A DNA stretch of 28,501 bases from Psammoneis japonica (lineage: Eukaryota): the NCBI GenBank assembly GCA_008632985.1, contig QPGO01000112.1, positions 248,001 to 276,501 of the forward strand, given 5' to 3'. Every line of letters starts with the position of its first letter. Positions within the stretch are counted from its first letter, which is position 1. The translations under genes were made by a program, and so were the position numbers. Of this stretch, positions 1 to 12,907 are shown in pieces. The notes below the pieces were generated by a model. The model did not search any database. It was not told the origin of the DNA and worked only from the letters and a program-made list of their open reading frames with translations.

Positions 1-1005
1 GGCATTGGAGGACTCCAGCGGGTTGCCAGGGACATGCCAACAACCATGGTTGGGGAGCATGTCAATGCAGCACCTTGTCTCTCTGACATTGCTGGCTTTG
101 GCCCAGCCAGCCGCAACCTGCAGCCAGAGACAAGGGAAACATCTGTGAAACAGTGCATGTGCTCTGTCATCTCTGGATGGCCTTGGATGACTCCATCAAG
201 ATCCAGAGGATGCAATGACAACAATGACTGGGAATCAAAGGCCTCATCTCATGTCAACACAGCACCCTGTCTCTCTGACATGGCTGGGTTCTTTGGCCCA
301 GCTGCCCCACCCACAGAGACAAGAAAACCATCTGTGCAACAGTGCAAGTGCCGAGTCATCTTGGGATGGCTTTTGGTGACTCCATTGGATCCCAGGAGAG
401 CCAACAACAACAATGGCTGGGAAGCAAAGGCCTTGTCTTGTGTCAATGCAGCACCTTGTCTCTCTGACATCATGGCTGGTGGGTTTGGCCCAGGCAGCCC
501 CCCCACCTGCAGAGACAAGAAAACCATCTGTGCAACAGTGCAAGTGCTCAGTCATCTTGGGATGGCTGTTGGTGACTCCACTGGGTCCTTGAGGACACAA
601 CAGCAACAATGGTTGGGAAGCAAAGGCCTTGTCTTGTGTCAACACAGCACCTTTTCTCTCTCACACAACTGGGTTTTGCGCTGCCACCAAGAACCCAAAT
701 TTGCAAGGAACACAAGAGAACCATCTGTGTGACAGTGCAAGCACTCAATTGTCGTGGGTTTGGCACAAGAGACTCCACTGGGTCCCTGAGGAGGCAAGAA
801 CCACAATGGCTGGGAAAGAAAAGCCTTGTCTTGGGCCAATGCAGCCCCTTTTGTTTCTGATGTGATTGTGGCTTGCTTTGGCCCAGCCACCCCACCTGCA
901 GAGACAAGGGAGCTTTCTGGCTTTTTGACAGTGCAAGTGCTCAGTTGTCTTTGGATGGCCTTGGGTGCTTCCATTGCATCCCAGGGGAGCCAACAACAAC
1001 CAGGG
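1..1005. repeat. Diverged tandem repeat, ~190-197 bp unit, ~5 copies
   Basis: Anchor TGTCAA(T/C)(G/A)CAGCACC recurs at 60, 252, 441, 637 and (variant) 834. Each copy is followed by variants of TTTGGCCCAG..CAGAGACAAG..ACAGTGCAAG..GGTGACTCCA..CAATGGCTGGGAA. Confidence 0.85.
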
Positions 1006-1759
1006 CAGGGAGTCAGTGAATGGAAATTGACGGTGTTCCCTGTCTCTTGTTTGGACGGAAAACCAAGAGAGAACAGAAGAGAACAACCCACCTTTGAGTT
1101 GCCCACTTTCTTTGCAAGGTTGGTCTCCAAAGTTGTCATTTCACTGGCACAAAGGGTCTGTTTTTGAGCTTTCTGGAGAGAGTCAATTGTCTTGTTGGCA
1201 GTGGCAATTTTTGCACCGCGGGCTTTGCACTTTTGCTGCAGCTGCCAGCACATCTTTTCGTTTTGGTTTTTGCAAAGGGTGCGCATCTGCCAGCAAAACA
1301 ACAGCCACATTCTGCACTCATCACCAAACATTTTTTTGGATTGATGCATCAGGTGGCGTGGTGCTTGGAGGCTCCAAACAGCAAGGGAGCATTGTGGGAA
1401 GGGACTTTGTTGTGCTCCTTGAGAAAGTTGAGATCTTCTTGTCAAACTGCAGGGGAACAGATGTCAGACACATTGCCAAAGGTGTTGGCTTCTTCATTGA
1501 TGGAGGCAGCAGCAGCAGCAGCAGATCCTGGGTTGCTGGCTGGCAGAGCATGCATGGCTCCAGACAAAGAGCCTTGATGTTGCCCCAAAGGCTTGTCCTG
1601 GAGCCTCACCTGGGCTGCCTGGGAGGACCTTGCTTGACCTTGCGCTTGAGCACCACGAGCACCACCTCCACCATGGTCGCCAGTGGCGCCGGTGTGACTG
1701 GCGCTGTTGTGGCCAGCACCTTGTGGGTTCTGCTTCTTTCTTCTTTTTCTTGGTGGCGA

Positions 1760-2309
1760 GACAAGGTGACATGGGGCCACAGCACCACAAGATCCTCCTT
1801 CTTGTGTGGTGCTCAACCCCACAGCTCTTAAAGTCACACCTGGAGCTCACCAGACACCACCAGCATCCTCAGCTTGTGACTGTTTGGCTGGTTTTTGCAG
1901 CCATGGGCCTCTTCTTTGCTCTGGAGTTCCTTTGGAAGCTCAAGTCTGCTGCCATTTGGGGCAAGGTGACATGGGGCCACAACCACACAAGACAGGCCTT
2001 GTGCTGACTGCAGTTGTTGCAGTGTCACCTGGCATCCACAAGAGACCACCAGTGCCCTCAACTTTCTTGGTGCCATCATGAGGTCCTTGTGACAGGGCAC
2101 CACAGATGCATGGCATCAGCCTTGTGCTGTGCAACACTCAACCACAGTTCTTGGAGCATTGCAAGGGGGGTCTGCCAGAGACCAGCAGTGCCCTCAGCCT
2201 GCTTTTGCTCACTGAGTTGGTTGGCACCATCATGGGGCCACTTTTTGGTCTGAAGATGGAAAGCTCAAGACTGCACCAACCTGCTGGAGACAAGGTGACA
2301 TGGGGCCAC
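1760..2309. repeat. Dispersed sub-repeat (GA)CAAGGTGACATGGGGCCAC, 3 copies
   Basis: Exact 19-21 bp matches at 1760, 1962 and 2289, plus a degenerate copy near 4413. Confidence 0.8.
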
Positions 2310-4130
2310 AGCAGCACACAACCACATTGGTGTGGGCAGCCACTTGTTGGGGAGGAGAAGTGCTGGCAGGAGGTGCTGCAGCTGCAGTGCCCCATGTCTC
2401 TGGGAGCTGCTGCTGCTCTGGCTTGTTGCAGACACATGTCCAGTGTGCCACAGCCATGCTGACCCAGCCAACCTCCTCCTCTTGCTCAACCAGCTCCCTG
2501 TCTGAAACCGCCAACATGACCAACTCCATGGCCTTTTTTGACTTCCTTCCTGCAAGTTTCAGCCATGATGAGAGTGCAACAGCAACCACTTGGATTGGTT
2601 GCAAAGATCAAGTGCAGCAGCAGCCCTCTGACACAAGCAAACAAACAAGCTGCACAACCATCACAAATGCAAAAACTTCATTCTTCTGAACAAGAGCCAG
2701 TTAAGATCATAAAAACTGAAACACCAATCTTCTTTGAGACCAGATGTGCTGCATCTGATTGAAGCACAATGTTCAACATCCAGCTGCTGAACAAATGAGA
2801 GCTCACAACAAGTGAAGTGCACTGGCAATGAACAGACCAAGAACAAGATGACTCACATTTTTTTGGTTGCTTTCCTTTCACACTTTTTTCTTTTGTTGAA
2901 ACTCAGACAAGAGTTGACAAAAGTGGTCCCACGGATGAGAAATGAGTGCTTCTGCATTGCACAGCCCACAGGTGAGCAGAAACAGCATTGTTGTGCCATG
3001 CTTGTCAAAGAAAAAGTGACAAGCTGACAACTTTTCTGCTGTTTTCTGCTGGGGATTGCTGTCATGTCTCACAATGAAAAGCTGCAGCAAAAGCTGACTC
3101 TCTTTGAAACACACAAAAGATTGGAGCACAGCACAATGCTGGCAAAGCCAAGAGCACCCAAATGCAGGACAGACTGGGAAAAACAATCAAACAGTGAATG
3201 GGGCAGCGGAAGCAACCATTGCTGGAAGCCAAAGTTGCAAGGTGCACACCAGCCAAGAACAAATGAACAAATCACAAATTGTCATCATTGCACTCCATCC
3301 AGCAAGTGCTGCTGTCTCCCACTTCACCAACTCCCCAAGTTGACAGCCAATGCTCTGACGCTCACAACCTTTGCTGTGCTGTGGCTCTGGTGGGTTCAAA
3401 GCAAACATCTTGTCAAGAGCCCATGGCTGTGCTGTGAGACAAAATTTTCTCAAGTCTGCTGGCCCCCCATTTCATCAATTTGGCCAATCATGAAAAGCCA
3501 TTTGTTCACAATGAAAGAGCACTTGACAAGAGCGCATGCTTCTCACTCAACTTTGAACAAGAGCAAAGAACAAAAAAATGGAAAGTCTCAAGAACATGCT
3601 CTGTGCAAAATTGGAAGGCAGGTGTCTTGGCAGTCAGCAAGGGAATGTGATGTCGCTTGTTGCTGAAATGCAACATGGAACATGAGGGCATGTTCCTTGC
3701 ACAAACCCAAAATGGAGTGCAAATGAAAGGCCTTTTCTTTTGCAGAATGAACAAACTGAATCTGGCAAAAAAAGCAAGAGCCACTCTGCTCAATTCTGTC
3801 AATTCTCGTTTTTGCTTGTCACCTTTTTTGAGCAAAGATTTAGAGAGCCCACTTGGTCAGGGGCATTGGGTGGTGGGGTGGCAAAAGGTGGCTTGGCCTG
3901 TTTTGCTTTGCGCGCATCCAGGATCACCCAAACTCTGTCAACCTTGGCACTGCACTGCAGAGACCACTTGATTGCAAAATTATGACATGGATCTTTGTTG
4001 CCGGCAGGTTGATCATCTGATTGGTTGGTTTCTGAAGCTGATGTCTCCAGAGCATTGGGCATCTTTTTTCAATGCTTCAGGCAATTGGGGGACTTTTCTT
4101 TTTGTCACACATGTTTGTGTTTCATAAAAA
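2089..4130 (+). repeat. Large direct repeat, copy 1 (paralogous to ~4201-7290)
   Basis: Collinear anchors: GTGACAGGGCACCACAGATG 2089/4201; GACACAAGCAAACAAACAAGCTGC 2630/4740; CTTGTCAAGAGCC ~3409/5800; TTTGGCCAATCA ~3479/6712; CATCTGATTGGTTGGTTTCTGAA 4014/7164. Confidence 0.85.
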
Positions 4131-4200
4131 TGCATCATGGGGTCCTTTCACATTGGAGTTGGGAGTTTGAATGTGCTTCTGCTGGCTGCTGGGGGAGGAT

Positions 4201-7200
4201 GTGACAGGGCACCACAGATGTGTGGTGCTTGCCTTGTTGCACTGCTCAACACTCAACCACACAGTTTTTGGAGTGTTGCCTCAGGTCTGTCAGGGACCAC
4301 ACCAGTGCCCTCAGCCTGCTGTTGCTTGTTGGGTTCTCAGCTGGCACCATCATTTGGCTGCTTCACTCTGAAGTTGGGAAGCTCAAGTCTGTGCCAACCT
4401 GCTGCCACTGGGGACAAGGGGATGCATGGGGCCATGGCAGCACCACACAACCACACTGGTGTGGGCAGCCACTTTGTGTCAGGGAGGAGGAGCACTGACA
4501 GGAGGTGTGCTGCAGCTGCAGTGCCCCCATGTCTCTGGGGGCTGCTTCTTTGGCTCTTTGCAGGCCATGCCCAGTGTGCCACAGTTGGGCAGACCCAGTC
4601 AACCTGTTTCTTGACCAGCTCCCCATCTGCAGCCACCAGCATGATGACCAACTCCATGACCTCTTCTGACGTCCTTGCCACACAAGTTTCAGCCATGATG
4701 ATGAGAGTGCAACAGCAACAAAGGTTGCAACAGCCCACAGACACAAGCAAACAAACAAGCTGCGCAACCAGCACAAGTGCAAAAATTTCATTCTCAACAA
4801 GAGCCAGTTGAGATCACAAGAACTGAAATGTCAATCTTTTTTGAAATCAGTTGTGCTGCATCTGATTGAAGAAACAATGTTCAACATCCAGCTGCTGAGC
4901 AAATGAGAGCTTGCAAGTGAAGTGCACATTGGCAACGGAAAGACCAACAAGAACAAAATGATTTGTTTGAGATGACTCAAACAATGCAAAACTCTAAAAA
5001 CAAGTCCAGCAAAAGGCTCAAAAATGACCACTTGCAAAATGATGCAGGCAATGATTGTCTTGTGGGCAAGGCACATCACTGCCACAAAAAAAAACACAAA
5101 AACACATGACACATCCAACAGCAGCACACAAACAACAACAACAACAACATTGCAGGAAGCACTGACAAAACCCAGTCTCTGCACACACAGACAAAGAAAG
5201 GCCATGAGAAAGATGAGAGGTCAGAAGTGTGGCGCAGGAGGAACAGGAAGCTTGCGACAAACAACAAGCTGATGCTTTCCTTTCATGCTTTTTCATTTCT
5301 TGAAACTCAGAGGACAAGTTGACAAAAGTGGCTGAGAACATGAAACAAAGCACTGCAGCATTGCACAGACAGGTGAGCAGAAGCAGCAGCATTGTGCCAT
5401 GCTTGTCAAAGAAAACGCACCAAGCTGACAACTTTTCTGATGCTCCTTTCTGTTGGGGAATGCTGTCATGCCTTACAATGAAAAGCTGCCACAAGAGCCA
5501 ACTCCTCTCTTTGAAGCACAAGAAAGATTGGAGCACAGCAGTGCAGTGCTGGCATGGTGGCTAAGAACACCAAGGTGCAAGATGGGCTGGGAGAGACAAC
5601 AAAGTGGACAGTGGGGCAGCAGCCTGAAGAACAAAAGGAGCAAAGGCAATGGAGTGACAGCATGGAATCAGAGCATGCACCAAGTGTCAAGCAGCACTGG
5701 CCAGGGCAAGAAGCAAACATCACTGGAAACCAGTCAACAGATGGTGCTCTGATGACATTTACAACCTCCAGTGTGCTGCAGCTCTGAGCTCAAAACAAAT
5801 CTTGTCAAGAGCCTGTGTGCTGTGAGGCCAAATTTTCTCAAGCATCATGTTGGTGGCTTTTGAACAAAACAAACAGATGAAATTTGAGCCAACTGACAGC
5901 CAAAATGGGGGACATGGCTTTCAGCCAGCAATCAGGACAGCCCGCTCATTTCAACTTTGGTGTGGAAAATTGAGCGACATGACGAGGACCGCAGTGTTTT
6001 GTGCAGCCCATGTCATGAGCAACAACGACAAAAATGCTTGTTGCAGGCTGCAGCACAGCACAACAAGAAGAAGCCCAGTCTGCCAGCAACAACAACTGAG
6101 CCTCATTTCACTCACAATTTGCCTCCAAGGACAAGTTTTTTGTCGCCATGTGTGCGTTTCCTCCACAGTGTCGACTGGTGATGCAAGTGTTTCAGTCACT
6201 CATGCTGGCAAAGCAGTGAAATGGGGTCCAAAGTTGACACCATTGCCTGGGCTGAAAACATTTCTTCTTGCATCTTCCAAAACTTGGTCATCAATGAATG
6301 TTTTGTTTGATCCATTGTGAGTGGCTTGTGTTCTCACGTGCTTGACAAACCAACGTTTGTGTCTTGTTCGAGAGCTGGTTTGTGTGCAAGAATGTTTTCT
6401 TTGTGTTTTTGTTTCAACATGAGTGCAAGAATTGTAAATTGCCAGTCAGAAAACCAAGCTCTCATCTTGTGGCATGCACCATTTGGTTGTCAACAACTTG
6501 GTCCATCCTCAGTTTTGTGTGTGCGGGCGCACACGTGAAACACCCATTTCTCTGCATGCCCTTGACACAGCACATTTGAAAATTGTTCGTGTGTTTCAAC
6601 ACTTGAAAATGGCGCAGCAAGTTTGGACCATGCTTCATGCAAAAAGGGTCATTTTTTGCATGCAATCTCACCCAAGTCTGGAGCAAGTCTGGCTGCCCAC
6701 TTCGCCGATCATTTGGCCAATCACAAACAAAAACCCCGTTCTTTTCTTGTTCACAAAGAAGGGGCACTTGACACAAGATCACACCAGCCAGGCTTCTCTC
6801 TCAACTCTGGCGAGCAAGAGCACAGAGCAAGAAAATGGATGCCTTGGCAGGCTCCATGCAAAAATTGGAAGGCAGAGGTGTCTTGGCAGCCAGCCAGGAA
6901 CGTGTGTGAAATTGTTTGCTGAGGACGAGAAGTGCAGCACGGAACATGAGGGCATTTTCCTTCTCGGATGAAGAACCCAAAATGGAATGCAAAGAAAAGG
7001 CCTTGTTCTTTGTGGAATGAACAAACGGAATCTGGCGAAAAAACCCTCGTTCCGTTCAATTCCGTTGATCCTGGTTTCCTGCGCTCTATTTTGCTTTTTG
7101 CGCTGGCATCCAGGATCGCCCGATCTATTCGATTGCAAAACTATCGGGGATGATCCAAGGTTGCATCTGATTGGTTGGTTTCTGAAATTGATGTCTGCAA

Positions 7201-7290
7201 GCGTTGGGCATCTTTTTTCAACGCTCCAGGCAATTAGGGGACTTTTACATCTATTATCCATATTTATATTGTATTTTTAACAATATTTTT
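4201..7290 (+). repeat. Large direct repeat, copy 2, with extra segments (~4960-5270 and ~5845-6680) absent from copy 1
   Basis: Same anchors as copy 1. The last ~300 bp keep TpA/CpG where copy 1 has TpG/CpA. Confidence 0.8.
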
Positions 7291-7487
7291 AAAACTAGGA
7301 CTGTATACAAATATTATCAATGTTGGCTGGTAGCGACAAATTGCTGATGTTGTGTGCTCATCTTTTCAATTTGGTTTGTCGGCAGTTCCAAGAGTGCCAT
7401 CGACCACGATCGACAAGACCAACGAGAAACTGATTGTCTCACAATTCTCAATGCACACTATCCTGTGTGACACTTTGTTTCCTGTCG

Positions 7488-9688
7488 ATGTTTAGGTCGA
7501 CGAGAAAAAGTGCTTACTTCTTTGTGCATTTGCTGTTGATTCTTGTTTTACCATCACCCACAGAACAATGGACAAAAGAAGAAGAAGAGGGTTTCGTCCA
7601 ATCAAGGCATCAAACCCGGAGGCTTACATCGTCGTGTATGGCATACACCTTTGGAAGCGACCCATATTTCCTTCCCTGCATTTTCCCCTTCATGTACAAA
7701 GGAATGAAGTTCTATCAATGCACATCAACTGACCACTATCGCCCATGGTGCAAAACCGAAAAAGGGCGAGGAAACTGCGAATTTGCCGCGGAATGCTTTC
7801 TTGCGACAAAAGCATTGGCAAACGAGGCCGACGAAGCATCTCCTTCAACAGTCAGTACTCCCGTTTCAATAATGCCTTCAACGTCAATTTTTCCTACTAG
7901 CACTCCAACTACAACAGGAAACCCGACCTCAACACTGAATCCGACAACAAGTGCAACGTTCACGCCAACAAGTCCAACGACGACACAACCAACTCCAACG
8001 AATATTCTTCCTCCAAACTCACAACGAACCAATGAGCCAACGATCTCTATCTCCGCCGCTCCCGTATCAAGACCAACTTCCCCTCCATTCACGGACACGC
8101 AACCGCCTTCTAGCATACGAACACAGGAGCCAACCAGGATAATAGAAACACCCCCACCGACGCAACAGCGACTTCCTTTCCAGCCACCGACACAGAATCA
8201 ACCTACAATGATTCCCACAACTACGAATACCGGTAGGCCAACCTTTTCAAGCCCACCGATCTCAATGCCCACCGTGCCGCCATCTCCAAGTACACAGCGA
8301 CCGTCCGGTGGACAAATCCCTCTCCCAACTCAAGCTCCAGCATGGCAAACACCACCTCCAACACAACAGTTTACCACCTCACCACCGCCTACTACAAGAC
8401 CTGCTACAAATAATCCTACATTTACCATCTCACCACCGCCTTCGACAAGACCTGCAACAAATAATCCTACACTTACCATCTCACCACCGCTTACGACAAG
8501 ACCTGCTACAAATAATCCTACGAGAAGGTCCAGCAGTCCTCGCCCGACAAGAACTTCACGTCCAACTCCCCGGCCATCGAGGAATTTAACACGTCGTCCA
8601 ACCCCCGGCCATCCAGGAATCCAACACGTCGTCCAACACCTCGACCTACAGAACAAACTCTAGTGACCTTACAACCTACCGATACACCGCTTACAGCTTT
8701 TCCGACTCAAGCACAGTCTTCGGTTCCTCCAAGTATGATACAAACGAGTGAATCTCCTTCGATGAGTCCTACGATTGCACCCACACACGCTTTGAGTGAT
8801 ATGCCTACATCTTATCCTACAGCTACGATTGAGCCTCCATCAGAGCAGCCAATGTTTCCGTCGGTTAATCTGTCGCCCTTTTCTTTATTTCTTCTGACCG
8901 ATTTCAGCCCTAGAGGAGCGAGAAAGCTTCAATCCAATCAAGAAAGAGAACAGGAGCTTCTTACGATAATGCAAAGAGTCCTTCTCGATGCATACATGCG
9001 AGCTCTTGATGAGGATCAGGTTGTGGTTGCTCTTCAATTAATGATTGATGACGAAGAAATTGGTGGCGACCCAATTGTCCTTTTCTATCACATACTGGGT
9101 ACTGTCTTTTTTGCTCCTACAGTCACCAACTTACCTTCAACGCAACAGCTTGATCAAATTACAGCAGAAGCTCTAGAGAGCGAAGAGTTTTTGCGCAAAT
9201 TGCAGAACTCAGATGACCCGTTGCTATCGCAAACTGTTCAAACAACGGTTCAAACAGATGAAACTGTTGCACCCACAACCTCGCCAGGAGAAGGCAGTAT
9301 CTCGGGCTTGGATGCATGGGTAGTTGTCATGATTCTCTTTGCTTTCATTGCGTTTCTGTCAGCACTTGGATTGGGATACTTTCTGTGTCAAAGGGTACGA
9401 GAAGAGAGCATCGATTCTCGTGATAGTGTAAAAGGAGCAGGTTGGGTAAATTCCACGCAAGTTGGCCTATTGGAATTGGACGCAGGACTACCTCCTGAAA
9501 ACATTTCGCCCATGAACTATTCTGAAGAAGAGAAGCTAGTCGACCCAGATACTGAAGAAGATTTTCAGAGCCAAACTACAACTGATCCCATATTCCTATC
9601 TCAGATTTCCGGATCAATGCCCAATATTTCAGAAGAAGAAGAGTTGCCGGTTATTGGTTATGATCTGACGGGTGCACCTCTGAGTTGA
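7488..9688 (+). CDS. Single-pass mucin-like surface protein 1: signal peptide, fibronectin type II (FN2) domain, Pro/Thr/Ser stalk, SEA-like juxtamembrane domain, TM helix, acidic tail; one frameshift at 8602-8606
   Basis: Hydrophobic N-terminus from ATG 7488. FN2 pattern CIFPFMYKGMKFYQCTSTDHYRPWC...GNC. ORFs 7434-8663 and 8663-9688 join if one C is added to the C5 run at 8602-8606, which restores the repeat RRPTPRPSRNPTRRPT. TM helix WVVVMILFAFIAFLSALGLGYFLC. Confidence 0.85.
8373..8522 (+). repeat. Coding tandem repeat, 51 bp x3 (TISPPPSTRPATNNPTx)
   Basis: TCACCACCGC at 8379, 8430 and 8481. Confidence 0.9.
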
Positions 9689-10401
9689 TCACCAGAATAC
9701 GAAAAAGGTACCCACTGCTGCTAATGCACTTTTTCAAAATGTAAAAGTAGAAGAAATAAAAACCGTACATATCTTGTCGTGCTCAAGCTCTACTAGTAGA
9801 GAGTGAGAGTACCTTAGGTTGACTTCTACTCTAGTAGAGCTACTACTCTAAGAGTAGGGCCCTACTAGAGTAGAGAGCAAACACAAAGCTACCATTGAGT
9901 TATGGGAGTCGATCGAAGGCAATAGACCATGACGTCAAAGCATGGTCGGTCGGTCGTACAAAATTTACGTTGAAATCAGGTAAAATTTGGCGGGAGTCCA
10001 AAATTCCAAAATTCCTCATCGCCACCGCCGCGCCACCCAACGCAATGCATGTGGCATGTGCTCTCTCTTAGCTAGTAGAAGGTAGAAGTACTCTAGTAGA
10101 GAGTCGGTTCGTGCGTATTGGATGTTGCAAGAGAAGTTGATCGAGGGATCGATAGAAAAAGAAACGTTTTTAGGACGGTAAGGATGTAGTATGTAGTGGT
10201 GCTGTTGTTCGTTTGGTCATGAAGCGGTTGTGTTTTTACAGAGAACCACGATTACTTGTCTCACAATCTCAAATCGTCCGTCATCTCAACCCGAATGCTG
10301 CCGAATTCAAAGAACATTTATGGCCGAGGGAGTTCTGTGCTTGCTATTACGAATTAAGTTGAGGTGCCTCAATAAGTTAGAGTTGCAGTGCTTTTGAAAA
10401 A

Positions 10402-12320
10402 ATGAAACGTCGCATTTTCCTTTGGGTGGTGCATGCTGCTTCATTCGCTGTACTTGATGCGGGCAGACCAGTATTTTCCGATGCTCAGTCAGAGAAGGTA
10501 TGAGATAAGAGCCACTTTTTGACACTATGATTGCTGCTCTGAGGACTTCTGATGAATTTGAAATTCGTCTCTTTGCTTTTTTCGTTGTCCCGTTTGCAGA
10601 TGAAAGTGCCAGGTCGGCGCCGACAAGACGAGTTGATTTGCCCAAATGATATTTCTGAGGTATTTCAAAGTCAGCCATCTATCATTGCTACCCAGACGTT
10701 CTGCGAGACGGATGGGGATTGCAGCTCCGTTGAACCAGACGATGGAGCTGAACCATGTTGTTTACATCCCTACTGGTACGTATGATGATTGCTCGTTATT
10801 TGATTGCCGTATGGCTTCGTCTTTACGTCTTTGTCTATTCTATATTCATTTTTCGTTGTAGTATTTGTGCCAGTAGCATGCTTGATCCACCGGCTTGCGT
10901 GGGCTCTGGCTCTTCACCGGCCACACCTGCACCTTCACCAGACCCAACGAATCCTCCGACGATTTCACCACGTTGCAGCTCACACCTGAACCTACTTCTC
11001 CAAGTCCAACTCAGCTCCCAACTACACTGCAACCTTCACCAAGTCCAACTCAGCCCCCGTCTACACTGCAACCTTCACCAAGTCCAACTCAACTCCCAAC
11101 CACACTTCCACCAACGCACACACCCACATCTGGACCTACACAAAGGCCGACGGAGCTCCCAACCACGCTTTCGCCGACATTGCTTCCTACCGAACGGGAG
11201 ACTCAAGCGCCTACCACACCACAGCCCACACTTGCAGAGGTTCCTCCCACACAGATACCGACAAATGTTCCAACAGCTACAACCCCATCCCCAACTACAC
11301 TTGCTCCAACGGGACTTCCCACAGTATCACCAACCATGGAACCGACGCCAGATCTTACAGCAGATCCCACCGCGAACCCCGCTCGTCGTCCTACACCGGG
11401 TCCTAGTGAGCCTGTCCCAGAGTCGCCTTCTCGAGCGCCCGAGTTCAACAATGAAACCCAAGCACCTACCATAGATCCAGCAGCAACGGCCCCTCCTACT
11501 CCGCCGCTTGTTGTAGTTATCCCATCAGTTGAGCTATCTGAAATGTCGCTCTATCTTCGCACGTCCGCAAGTCCGTCCAAGGCAAAAAGCCTTCAGAGAT
11601 CTACGGACAAGGAGCCTTTCTCAATTATGCATAGGTTCCTCCTCACAAAATACGACCAAACTCTAAACAGAGATCAACCTGTAGTGGATCTTGAATTGTT
11701 GTTGGAGAATGTACAGCAAGTTGGAAATCCCATTGTACTTGCATATCGATTTTTGGGAACCGTGTTTTTCGACCCCAGTGTTGCAAATCTACCGTCCACG
11801 ACACAATTGAACCGCATAACTTCAGAGGCATTGGAAAGTGAAGAGTTTCTAAAGGAATTACAAAACGCAAATGATCCCATTTTGGCACAAACAATGCAAG
11901 CGACGGTACAGGTGGAAAATGTCGAAGCAACCGTCGCGCCAACAAAGGCTCCCCAGAGGATGAGTCTGGCGTGGAAGCTTGGGTTATTATTTTGATTGTT
12001 TTGGCCGTGGTTGTAATGGTATCTGTGACAGGATTGTTGTACTTCCGATTTCGAAGAAAAAGAGAAGAGGTTTACTCCGGAGTTGAAAGTACGCCGGTGG
12101 AAGACATGAGTGTCCCGTTGGGACTTCTGGAACAGGACGCTGGTATCGAAAGCGAGCGAATAACTTCGAAGCCAGTCCCGTAGAAAAAGATGAGCTGCGG
12201 TTAGACTCTTCATATGATGAATCCGACACTCCTGGTCCAGACAAAAACGCGTCTCACGACATTTTCCGGCCTCCGCGTGGCAAATCCTCTGTGGATGCCG
12301 GTAGCGGAACGTTTTCATAA
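10402..12320 (+). CDS. Single-pass mucin-like surface protein 2 (paralog): signal peptide, small Cys-rich domain (C..C...CCLHPYCIC...C), PT stalk, SEA-like domain, TM; 2 introns, ~3 apparent 1-nt frameshifts
   Basis: Exon 1 10402-10497 (MKRRIFLWVVHAASFAVLDA..), intron 10498-10599 (GTATGA..TTGCAG), exon 2 10600-10775, intron 10776-10861 (GTACGT..TTGTAG), exon 3 from 10862. Frameshifts near 10968, 11951-11954 and ~12155. Juxtamembrane domain is clearly homologous to gene 1 (LGTVFFxPxVxNLPSTxQL..IT.EALESEEFL). TM AWVIILIVLAVVVMVSVTGLLYF. The stop is TAA 12318-12320 if the last frameshift is real, otherwise 12183. Confidence 0.75.
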
Positions 12321-12907
12321 GTCATAAGGTTCTTTTGCCTTGTTACTTCTATTGGTTCATGTTACGACACTTGACGTCCATTGAGAATAATGCGCGAGGA
12401 TTCGTTTCAGTGTATACTATTCGGAGCGCCCTCTACTACGGTACAGTGTAGTAGGTTCCTCTCTCTACAGCAGTAGTTGTCGCTGTCGCGCGACATACCT
12501 TTTATGCAACGGGAAGTAGGGCCCTATGAAAAAAGTGAGGAGGTCAATCGTGACTTGATTTCATGTTGGTCGTGACTGAAATTCAAAACGATACGCAACA
12601 ACACAGGTGAAATGTACTTCTAATAACGGAATAAAAGATATTGAATTTCCAAAATTAAATGTTAAATCCAAATATGATTATGATTATTGATTTCGTTGGC
12701 CTAAACAAAGCCGCGAACAACGATTCAAAAATCAATGAAAATTATTCAGGCATGACTAACAAATATAACCAATCATTTTCGGTGGCACGACCTCATTTGC
12801 TGTTGCTGTTGTTGTTGCTTTCACAATCATCAAAAAATCAAGGTCCGAACATGTCAAATCAAGGTCTTGTTGCTGTTGTCGATACCATGTTGAGTAGATC
12901 GAAGAAT

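Larger units (their letters stand above)
1..7305. mobile_element. Decayed, internally duplicated repeat block, possibly DNA-transposon derived; almost devoid of TpA and CpG
   Basis: Multi-scale internal duplications. Only about a dozen TpA seen by eye in 1-6950. No recognisable protein domain. Right edge ...AAAACTAGGACTG|TA (7291-7305) reads TA|CAGTCCTAG on the - strand, like a Tc1/mariner-type end. The left end is not in the window. Confidence 0.55.

Noticed and set aside
1..1005. Regularly spaced repeats resembling a CRISPR array
   Set aside because: The whole ~193-bp unit is repeated, with no unique spacers; eukaryotic context and no cas genes.
34..7280. Dozens of overlapping Cys/His/Gln/Trp-rich ORFs in all six frames
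   Set aside because: An artefact of TpA loss, which removes TAA/TAG stops. They contain almost no Tyr and no recognisable domains. A decayed - strand coding region at ~1100-1840 is possible but cannot be identified.
7291..7300. Helitron 3' end (CTAG)
   Set aside because: CTAG is followed by G rather than T, and there is no GC-rich subterminal hairpin.
9871..10068. MITE bounded by GAGAGCA/TGCTCTC, and an E2F-like TTTGGCGGGA site at ~9986
   Set aside because: The inverted match is only 7-8 bp in low-complexity sequence with no clear TSD; a single short motif is not enough evidence.
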